Positions 56,348-64,000 of a stretch of DNA of 64,000 bases are shown here, one piece after another (the stretch's first letter is position 1; each line of letters starts with the position of its first letter). The stretch covers positions 68,801 to 132,800 of the forward strand of contig JBOHUD010000064.1 of assembly GCA_050734155.1 (NCBI GenBank), written 5' to 3'. The translations under genes were made by a program, and so were the position numbers. This DNA is from Candidatus Dormibacteria bacterium (GTDB lineage: Bacteria; Chloroflexota; Dormibacteria; Aeolococcales; Aeolococcaceae). Below the pieces are notes generated by a model. The model did no database searches. It saw only the letters and a list, made by a program, of their open reading frames with translations, and had not been told where the DNA came from.

Positions 56348-57943
56348 TCAGCCCCGATGCCAGCCGGTGATGTCGTTGAAACGCGCCGCGCTCGAGCCCA
56401 CCGGCGGGATCCGGACGGTGATCCCGGGGCGGACGACCAGGGAGAGCTCCGGTGTCTCCAGGAACACCGCGGGCAGGTCGTCCGCGAGCTGCGACGACAC
56501 CGCGGCCGCCGCCGCGACCCGGGCTGCGGTGGTGGACAGGGTGGTGAGCTGGTCGAGGGCCTGGTCGAGGAAGGGGTCGACCGGGCCGCCGGAGACGTTG
56601 AAGCCCGCTGGGGGCACCGCCGTCGACCGCCAGAACGAGCTGACGTCGGGGTCGGGCCCGTTGTCCCAGTCGGCGACCGCCACGTCGTAGCCTCCCCCGC
56701 GGACGAGCAGCTGCCGGAGCGAGGCGGTGGGCATGGTCGTCACCTGGACCGAGATCCCCACCGGCGTGAGCTGGGAGGCAATCCCTGCGGCCAGATCGGG
56801 AAGGGGGATGACGTCGGCGACGGCCAGGCGGAGCTGCAGGCGGGTGCCGCCGCGGCTCCGCACCCCGTCGGGTCCCGCCACCCAGCCCGCGGCCTGCAGC
56901 GCGCTCTCCGCGGAGCCGGGGTTGCCCGGCGGCGGCGGCCGTCTGGGCGACGCCCAGGCCAGGCCCGCCGGAACGGCGCCGGTCTGGGCCACGGCCATGC
57001 CGCGCAGGGGGCCGGCCACCAGCGCCGCGCGGTCGATGGTGGCGGCGATCGCCTGGCGCACCGTGGCGTCGGCGAGGACCGCGGCGCGCTCGTTGAAGAG
57101 CAGGTCCACGAACCGGAAGCTGGCGATGTTGTGGGGGACGCCGCCCGCGGCGGTCAGCTCCGCGCGCTGCACCGGGTCGGTGGCGAGGACGCCGTCCACG
57201 TTCCCAGCCCGGAACGCGGTGGCGGCGTCGGCGAAGCTGCTGAAGAGGTCGATCTCCACCTGGTTGAGGCGCGGTGCCACGGCGGCGTGGGGGTTGGGGA
57301 ACAGCGTCACCGTGCTCGCGTTGGCGCTCACCACCTGGAATGAGCCGGAGGTGATCATCGGCAGGGCCGCCGTCCGGGGCAGGGCGCGCAGGGCGGACGC
57401 CGTCAGCGATCCCACAGGAAGGATGGGCAGCTGGGTCAGCTGGGCGGGGAACGACGCACGCGGGCCGGCGAGGTCGAAGCTCACCCCGTCGCCAACGACC
57501 TGCGCGTGCACGTCGCGCCAGGGGGCGGCGGTGGCGGCGTCGCCGAAGCCGGGCGACTGCACCCACAGGACGGTGGCGAGGACGTCGGCGGCGGTCACCG
57601 GCCGGCCGTCGGACCAGCGCTGTCCCGGCTTCAGCGGCAGGTGGTAGGTGAGCCCGTTCTGGCTGACGCTGTAGCCGCCGGCCAGGTCGGAGACCGGGAC
57701 CGCTCGGTCATCGAGGCGGAGCAGGCGCCGGTAGAGCAGCTTCCCCAGGTCACGGACGGAGGGATCGGTGGCCCCCACCAGGGGGTCCAGCGAGAGGGGA
57801 CGCTCATCGCTGACCAGGCCCTCGCGGTAGTCCGGCGTGGCCGTCCTGAGGTGGGAGACGGCGCTGGCGCCGAGCACGGTGGCGGCGACCACGACCAGGA
57901 CCAGGACCGCGCCGATCTCGGCGCGGCGGTGACGCCGGGCTAG
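56348..57943 (-). CDS. ABC-transporter substrate-binding protein, family 5 (oligopeptide/dipeptide-binding)
   Basis: SBP_bac_5-like sequence after a signal-anchor RRAEIGAVLVLVVVAATVLGASAV; the start is unresolved, with no canonical start between the secG stop and this segment, and the ORF-track start 58180 overlaps secG. Confidence 0.65.
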   Translation of the reverse strand, partial: LARRHRRAEIGAVLVLVVVAATVLGASAVSHLRTATPDYREGLVSDERPLSLDPLVGATDPSVRDLGKLLYRRLLRLDDRAVPVSDLAGGYSVSQNGLTYHLPLKPGQRWSDGRPVTAADVLATVLWVQSPGFGDAATAAPWRDVHAQVVGDGVSFDLAGPRASFPAQLTQLPILPVGSLTASALRALPRTAALPMITSGSFQVVSANASTVTLFPNPHAAVAPRLNQVEIDLFSSFADAATAFRAGNVDGVLATDPVQRAELTAAGGVPHNIASFRFVDLLFNERAAVLADATVRQAIAATIDRAALVAGPLRGMAVAQTGAVPAGLAWASPRRPPPPGNPGSAESALQAAGWVAGPDGVRSRGGTRLQLRLAVADVIPLPDLAAGIASQLTPVGISVQVTTMPTASLRQLLVRGGGYDVAVADWDNGPDPDVSSFWRSTAVPPAGFNVSGGPVDPFLDQALDQLTTLSTTAARVAAAAAVSSQLADDLPAVFLETPELSLVVRPGITVRIPPVGSSAARFNDITGWHRG

Positions 57944-58176
57944 CGGCCGCCGAGGTAGGTCTCGACGATCGACACCGCCACGAAGAGCATGATGAAGACG
58001 ATCGTCACGCGCAGGAGGCTGGCCTCCAGCCCGCGACGGCGGCGATAGCCGCCACCCGAGTCCCCACCGCCGCCGATGGTCCCGCCCAGGCCGGTCGCTT
58101 TCGGCGTCTGGAGCAACACGCCAAGCATCACCAGCACTCCGAGGACGTCCTGGGCGACGGCGAAAGCGGCCTTCAC
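57940..58176 (-). CDS. secG: Preprotein translocase subunit SecG
   Basis: 78 aa: TM1, Gly-rich loop LLQTPKATGLGGTIGGGGDSGGG, TM2; GTG start with GGAGG SD. Confidence 0.75.
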   Translation of the reverse strand: MKAAFAVAQDVLGVLVMLGVLLQTPKATGLGGTIGGGGDSGGGYRRRRGLEASLLRVTIVFIMLFVAVSIVETYLGGR

Positions 58177-58281
58177 GCAAAGAAACCTCCGAGTCCCACG
58201 GGCGGAAAGTATACGTGGCGACGCCGGTTCGATCCCCCGGGACGGGTTGCCCGTCACTGATTTGTGTATTCTCGACCGCAC

Positions 58282-59325
58282 ATGCGCGCCCTCCAGCTCC
58301 TCAGCATCGCGGTGCTGCTCGCCGCCACCGCCTGCGGCTCCCCTCCCCCGCCGGCCGGCCTCGGCGGGGCGGCGGTGACCGAGCTGCCCCTGCTGGCCCC
58401 GGCCGCCCCGGTCGTCGACGGCGGCGACACCGTCACCGTGCTGCGCTCCGGCGAGCCCACCTTCGGCGAGCTCGATCACCTCATCGAGGCTGCCCGGCGC
58501 AGCCTCGCGGTCGAGGTCTACGAGTTCGGCCGCGCCGACCTGGTCGCTGCGCTCATCGGGGCCCATCGCCGGGGAGTCGCCATCAGCGTCATCGACGATC
58601 CCTCCGAATCGGCCTCCGCGGCCACCGCGCAGGCGCTCCGCGCCGAGGGCATCGACGTCGCCGACTACCCGATCCGGGCGAGGATGATCGACCACGTCAA
58701 GCTCCTCGTCGTCGACGCCACCGTGGCCGTGGTGGGGGGCATCAACTGGGGGGCGGCGTCGGCCGGGAACCACGACTTCGACGTCGAGGTGCGCGGGCCG
58801 GTGGTGGCGAACCTCGAACGCGTCTTCACCCGCGACCTGGTCACCTGCGGACGCACGGGCGTGGTCCCGCCGCCGCGCCCCGACCCCGCCATCCTGGTGG
58901 GCACGACCCTTCCCGGAGCCGAGATCCTCCCCATGGTGGAGCGGGTCATCTCGACCGCCCGGCGACAGCTCGACGTGGCCATGTACACGCTCACCGACGC
59001 CGCCGTGGTGGCCGCCATGGAGGCGGCCCGGGCGCGCGGCGTGCGCGTCCGCGTGCTCCTCGACCCCAGCGAACGCCCCAGCGACCCCTCGGCGGTGTCG
59101 CTCCGCGCCCATGGGGTGTCGGTGCGCCTCTACCGCAGCAGCGGGGAGCTGCTCCATGCCAAGGCGGCGATCGCCGATCGCGCCTCGGTCGTCCTGGGCA
59201 GTGCCAACTGGACGATCAGCGGCTTCGAGCACAACCACGAGCTCGACGTCACCATCCCTGATGACCCGGACATCGCCACCGCCTTCGAGGAGCAGTTCGC
59301 CGCAGACTGGGCGGCCAGCGCCTGA
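58282..59325 (+). CDS. Lipoprotein phospholipase-D-family protein (two HKD motifs)
   Basis: Lipobox LLAATACGS; HKD motifs IDHVKLLVVD and LLHAKAAIAD. Confidence 0.7.
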   Translation: MRALQLLSIAVLLAATACGSPPPPAGLGGAAVTELPLLAPAAPVVDGGDTVTVLRSGEPTFGELDHLIEAARRSLAVEVYEFGRADLVAALIGAHRRGVAISVIDDPSESASAATAQALRAEGIDVADYPIRARMIDHVKLLVVDATVAVVGGINWGAASAGNHDFDVEVRGPVVANLERVFTRDLVTCGRTGVVPPPRPDPAILVGTTLPGAEILPMVERVISTARRQLDVAMYTLTDAAVVAAMEAARARGVRVRVLLDPSERPSDPSAVSLRAHGVSVRLYRSSGELLHAKAAIADRASVVLGSANWTISGFEHNHELDVTIPDDPDIATAFEEQFAADWAASA

Positions 59326-59334
59326 CCGCGCTGC

Positions 59335-60867
59335 TCAGCAGAGGCTGCGCCCGGTCATCTCCTCGGGGACATCGAGGCCGATCGCGGTCAGCACGGTGGG
59401 GGCGATGTCCTGCAGGCCGCCGCCGTCACGCAGGCTCGTCGCATCGGTGCCGCAGAGGATGACGGGGACCCTGCTCTGGGTGTGGGCGGTGAGCGGCGAG
59501 TTGTCGCGCACGTCGATCTTCAGCTCCGCGTTGCCGTGATCGGCGGTGATCAACAGGCCGCCCCCCGCCGCCTCGACGGCATCCAGGATGCGCCCGAGGC
59601 ATCCATCCACCGCCTCCACCGCACGCACTGTGGCCGCGAACACACCGGTGTGGCCGACCATGTCGGGGTTGGCGAAGTTGACCACGATGAGCGCGTCGTC
59701 GCCGCGCTCGAGGTGCTCGACGACAGCGTCGGTGATCCCCCTCGCGCTCATCGCCGGGGTGAGGTCGTAGGTCGCCACCCGCGGAGAGGGAACCAGCAAC
59801 CGGTCCTCGCCGCTGAACGGCTCCTCGCGGCCGCCGTTGATGAAGTAGGTGACGTGCGCGTACTTCTCTGTCTCCGCGACATGGAACTGGTGCAGCCCGG
59901 CGGCACCGACCTCCTCGGCCAGCGTGTGGCTGACGTCCCGGCTGGGAAAGGCGACCTCGGCAGCGAGGTCGCGCTGGTATTCGGTGAAGGTCACGAAGTG
60001 GAGGTCGTCGACCACCCGCGAGCGCACGAACCCCGAGAATTCGGTGTCGACGAGGGCGTGGCTGAGCTGGCGGGCGCGGTCGGGGCGAAAGTTGAAGAAC
60101 ACCACCGAGTCGCCGGAGTCGATGCCCACCGGCCGGCCGCCCTCGGAGACGACCGACACCGGTGCGACGAACTCGTCGGTGACGTCCTGCGCGTACTGTG
60201 ACCTCACGTACTCCACCGCGTCGGCGGCGACCGCCTCGCCGTCCCCGACCAGCGGCCGGTAGGCTCGCTCGGTGCGGTCCCAGCGGGTGTCGCGATCCAT
60301 GGCGTAGTAGCGCCCCATCACCGAGGCGACCCGTCCGCACCGGGCGGCGGCGAGGTCGGCGGCGAAGCGGCCCAGGAACCCGGCGGCGCTGCGGGGCGGT
60401 TCGTCGCGTCCGTCGGTGAACGCGTGGAAGAAGACTCGCTCCAGGCCACGCCGCCGGGCCAGCTCGGCAAGGGCCACGGCGTGCGCCTGGTCGCTGTGGA
60501 CACCGCCGGGCGACACCAGCCCCAGGCAGTGCAGGGAGGTGCCCCGCCGGCGGGCGCTGTCGACCGCGGCGCAGAGCACGGCGTTGTCGAAGAAGCTGCC
60601 GTCGCGGATGGCCCGGTTGATGCGGGTCAGCGGCTGAAAGATCACCCGGCCCGAGCCCATGGTGAGGTGGCCGACCTCGGAATTGCCCTGCTGGCCGTCG
60701 GGCAGCCCCACCGCCTCACCGCTGGCGGCGACCGTGGTCCACGGACAGGTGCGCATGAGGCGGTCGACCACCGGGGTCGACGCCGCCGCGATGGCGTTGC
60801 CGGCGGCGTCATCGGAGTGTCCCCAGCCGTCGAGCACAGCCAGGACGAACGGCCGGACCGTCCTCAC
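59335..60867 (-). CDS. gpmI: 2,3-bisphosphoglycerate-independent phosphoglycerate mutase
   Basis: VLAVLDGWG...iPGM family; ATGA coupling to tpiA. Confidence 0.85.
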   Translation of the reverse strand: MRTVRPFVLAVLDGWGHSDDAAGNAIAAASTPVVDRLMRTCPWTTVAASGEAVGLPDGQQGNSEVGHLTMGSGRVIFQPLTRINRAIRDGSFFDNAVLCAAVDSARRRGTSLHCLGLVSPGGVHSDQAHAVALAELARRRGLERVFFHAFTDGRDEPPRSAAGFLGRFAADLAAARCGRVASVMGRYYAMDRDTRWDRTERAYRPLVGDGEAVAADAVEYVRSQYAQDVTDEFVAPVSVVSEGGRPVGIDSGDSVVFFNFRPDRARQLSHALVDTEFSGFVRSRVVDDLHFVTFTEYQRDLAAEVAFPSRDVSHTLAEEVGAAGLHQFHVAETEKYAHVTYFINGGREEPFSGEDRLLVPSPRVATYDLTPAMSARGITDAVVEHLERGDDALIVVNFANPDMVGHTGVFAATVRAVEAVDGCLGRILDAVEAAGGGLLITADHGNAELKIDVRDNSPLTAHTQSRVPVILCGTDATSLRDGGGLQDIAPTVLTAIGLDVPEEMTGRSLC

Positions 60868-61640
60868 CGCATCGCGCCGGCCGTCGCGGCGGCGGCCACG
60901 ATGGCGGCGAAGGCGTCCGCCTTCAGGCTGGCACTCCCGATCAGGCCGCCGTCGATGTCGGGACGAGTGAAGAGGTCGGCAGCGTTGGCGGCGGTGACGC
61001 TGCCGCCGTAGAGGACCCGGGGTGCGGCCCCGGCGCGATCGGCGACGTGCTCACGGATGTGGGCACACACCTCCTGGGCCTGCTCGGGGCTGGCGGTGCG
61101 CCCCGTGCCGATGGCCCACACCGGCTCGTAGGCGATCACCCAGTCGGCCGCGGACGGGGCGTCACCGATGGCCGCGAGCACCGCGTCGAGCTGGCGGTCG
61201 ACGACCGCTGACGTGGCCCCCGCATCGCGCTCGCTCTCCGTCTCCCCCACCGCGACGATGGCTCGCAGGCCGTGACGCCGCGCTGCCGCGAACTTGCGCC
61301 CCGTCTGCTCATCGGTCTCGCCGCGGAGATGGCGCCGTTCCGAATGACCCACCAGCACCAGGTCGCACCAGCCCGCGAGCATGGCCGCGGAGACCTCTCC
61401 GGTGAAGGCGCCCTCCTCCTCGCAGGACACGTTCTGGGCACCGAGCAGCACCGAGCTGGCCGACACCTCCTTGGCGACCGGCCAGAGGTGCACGAAGGGC
61501 GGCAGCACGGCCACCTCGACAGCCGTCTGCGCCGAGCATTGCCGCACCACCGCGCGGGCCAGCGCCAGCCCCTGCTCGACTGTGGTGTTCATCTTCCAGT
61601 TGCCGGCGACCATCGGCAGCTGCAGCGAGGATCCGCTCAC
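60864..61640 (-). CDS. tpiA: Triose-phosphate isomerase
   Basis: VAGNWKMN, GHSERR, AYEPVWAIGTG motifs. Confidence 0.9.
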   Translation of the reverse strand: MSGSSLQLPMVAGNWKMNTTVEQGLALARAVVRQCSAQTAVEVAVLPPFVHLWPVAKEVSASSVLLGAQNVSCEEEGAFTGEVSAAMLAGWCDLVLVGHSERRHLRGETDEQTGRKFAAARRHGLRAIVAVGETESERDAGATSAVVDRQLDAVLAAIGDAPSAADWVIAYEPVWAIGTGRTASPEQAQEVCAHIREHVADRAGAAPRVLYGGSVTAANAADLFTRPDIDGGLIGSASLKADAFAAIVAAAATAGAMR

Positions 61641-62833
61641 GAGCCCACCGGCTCGCGGTCGCGCAGCGCGGCCACCCCGGGCAGGTCGTGGCCCTCGAGC
61701 AGCTCCAGCGTGGCCCCACCACCGGTGCTGATGAAGTCGATGCTGTCAGAAACGCCGGCATCCGCGACGGCGGCGTCGAGGTCACCACCACCGACCACGC
61801 TGAACGCCGGGCTCCTGCCGAGAGCGCGAGCCACCTCGCGCGTGCCCCGGGCAAACGCCTCGATCTCGTAGATGCCCAGGGGGCCGTTCCAGATCACCGT
61901 CGCGGCGGAGGCGAAGGCCGCGGTGATGGCGGCCACGGCCGCCGGGCCGATGTCGACGACCATGCGATCGTCGGGAATGGCATCCCAGGCGACCACCTCG
62001 GTGGGCGCTCCCTCGGCGGCGCGGGGCGCGACGACCACGTCGACGGGCAGGTGGATGGTGCCCGGGGTCGCCTCCGCGGAGCGGAGCACCTCGCGGGCCA
62101 TGCTCACCCTGTCCTCCTCGACCAGCGAGCGGCCGGTGCCGGCTCCCCTGGCACGGAAGAAGGTGCACGCCATGGCCCCGCCGATGTAGAGGCTGTCCAC
62201 CCTGCCGGCAAGGGTGGTGAGCAGCTCGAGCTTGGTCGAGATCTTGGCGCCACCCAGCACTCCGACCAGCGGCCGGCGGGGATCGTCGAGCACGCCCTGG
62301 AGGATCTCCAGCTCGCGCGCCATCAGTTGGCCGGCCACGGCGGGAAGGAGGCGGGCGACGCCCACGGTCGAGGCGTGGGCGCGGTGGGCGGTGCCGAAGG
62401 CGTCGTTGACGAACACGTCGGCGTACGCCGCCAGGCGCCCCGCCAGCTCGGCATCGTCGCGCTCCTCCCCCGCTTCGAAGCGCACGTTCTCGAGCATGGC
62501 CACGTCGCCATCGCGCAGTCCTCGCACCAGCAGCTGCGCCGAGGACCCGATGACGTCGGCGGCCACGGGCACGTCGACGCCGAGCAGCTCGCCGAGCCGG
62601 TCGGCGACCGGACCCACGGTCAGCGACCTGTCGACGCGTCCTCCGGGGCGGCCCAGGTGGGTGACGATGATCGTTCGCGCCCCCCGCTCCCGCAGGGCGG
62701 TGATGGTGGGCAGGGCGGCGCGGATGCGACGGTCGTCGGCGACCCGCCCCTCGTGCAGCGGCACGTTGAAGTCGACGCGCAGAAGCACGTTCTTGCCGCG
62801 GACGTCGACATCGTCGAGGGTGGCCTTGGGCAT
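61637..62833 (-). CDS. pgk: Phosphoglycerate kinase
   Basis: VLLRVDFNVP N-terminal motif; full-length PGK. Confidence 0.9.
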   Translation of the reverse strand: MPKATLDDVDVRGKNVLLRVDFNVPLHEGRVADDRRIRAALPTITALRERGARTIIVTHLGRPGGRVDRSLTVGPVADRLGELLGVDVPVAADVIGSSAQLLVRGLRDGDVAMLENVRFEAGEERDDAELAGRLAAYADVFVNDAFGTAHRAHASTVGVARLLPAVAGQLMARELEILQGVLDDPRRPLVGVLGGAKISTKLELLTTLAGRVDSLYIGGAMACTFFRARGAGTGRSLVEEDRVSMAREVLRSAEATPGTIHLPVDVVVAPRAAEGAPTEVVAWDAIPDDRMVVDIGPAAVAAITAAFASAATVIWNGPLGIYEIEAFARGTREVARALGRSPAFSVVGGGDLDAAVADAGVSDSIDFISTGGGATLELLEGHDLPGVAALRDREPVGS

Positions 62834-62843
62834 CGCCGAGAGA

Positions 62844-63854
<1,011 letters not shown>

Positions 63855-63860
63855 TCATCT

Positions 63861-63898
63861 CTCCCCAGCAGAAAGGCCGCGCTCGGCGCGGAGGGGAG
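63861..63898 (-). promoter_or_regulatory. Nested hairpin in the gap leader, which is also the 3' flank of the upstream gene. An outer CUCCCC/GGGGAG stem encloses CCGCGC-loop-GCGCGG.
   Basis: The outer stem 3' arm is the gap SD (GGGGAGAG, 7 nt from the ATG); the inner GC hairpin is followed by CCUUUCU. Confidence 0.25.
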
Positions 63899-63936
63899 CC
63901 GACACTACCACTGCGATCGGCTCAACCGTGCCATGG

Positions 63937-64000
63937 TCAGCGCAGCCCCGCCGCGACCAGCCGCTGCAGCCGCCCGGCCATGGCGGGGCGGCTGATCCCG
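63937..64000 (-). CDS. 3' end of an upstream gene (possibly whiA), partial
   Basis: Ends ...ISRPAMAGRLQRLVAAGLR*; its position upstream of gap-pgk-tpi matches the conserved actinobacterial synteny. Confidence 0.3.
   Translation of the reverse strand, partial: GISRPAMAGRLQRLVAAGLR

Noticed and set aside
57940-59238. 432-aa minus ORF
   Set aside because: Only the last 78 codons form a gene (secG). The rest is antisense to the PLD lipoprotein gene.

Overview
High-GC (about 70%) window, most likely from an actinobacterium. The gene set and synteny fit that call: a whiA-like 3' end followed by gap-pgk-tpiA, then secG; an F420 cluster; and many GTG/TTG starts with start/stop overlaps. Gene density is high on both strands.

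Ordinary content includes:
- a glycine-oxidase-like FAD enzyme and an APC permease
- an F420 cluster: a Ddn-like nitroreductase, a PPOX-class enzyme, cofC, and convergent cofE-cofD
- divergent MFS/MarR and TetR/membrane-protein pairs
- acyl-CoA synthetase, thyX, erpA, hemQ, an M20 amidohydrolase, hbd, a PP2C/HAD pair, mntH, azlCD and LysE
- the gap-pgk-tpiA-gpmI operon, and tRNA-Gly(TCC), tRNA-Pro(TGG) and tRNA-Leu(CAG)

Non-core content:
- A 4.1-kb islet lies between an intact tRNA-Gly and a perfect 42-bp direct repeat of its 3' end. It carries an HD-GYP x2/LuxR regulator, NTF2-like and DsrE-like genes, and an IS110-family recombinase. The recombinase is interrupted by one in-frame TAG and has a 197-nt non-coding leader abutting the tRNA.
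- A 1.6-kb low-GC (about 55%) islet encodes a secreted 4-Cys small protein, a co-transcribed signal-anchored partner, and a duplicated 3'-end remnant of the first gene.
- An 8.8-kb membrane cluster has three paralogous GT-C (GT39/PMT-like) glycosyltransferases, a flippase-like LPG-synthase-TM protein, an anchored Pro-rich protein and an acyl-CoA synthetase.
- An HD-GYP phosphodiesterase is fused to two extracytoplasmic PKD domains, next to a secreted beta-helix protein.
- A MerR-type promoter (20-nt spacer, leaderless ATG) drives a merR / glutaredoxin-like / Cys-membrane-protein operon.
- Also present: VapBC, a HicB-like gene with a degenerate HicA-like ORF, and an orphan immunity-like gene.
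- At least three genes carry frameshifts: a PLC/AcpA-family phosphoesterase, a DHFR-family gene and a lipoprotein alpha/beta hydrolase.

No CRISPR array was seen. Coordinates anchored to the ORF track are exact. Those read from the sequence text (tRNAs, repeats, promoters) were cross-checked against neighbouring ORF anchors.
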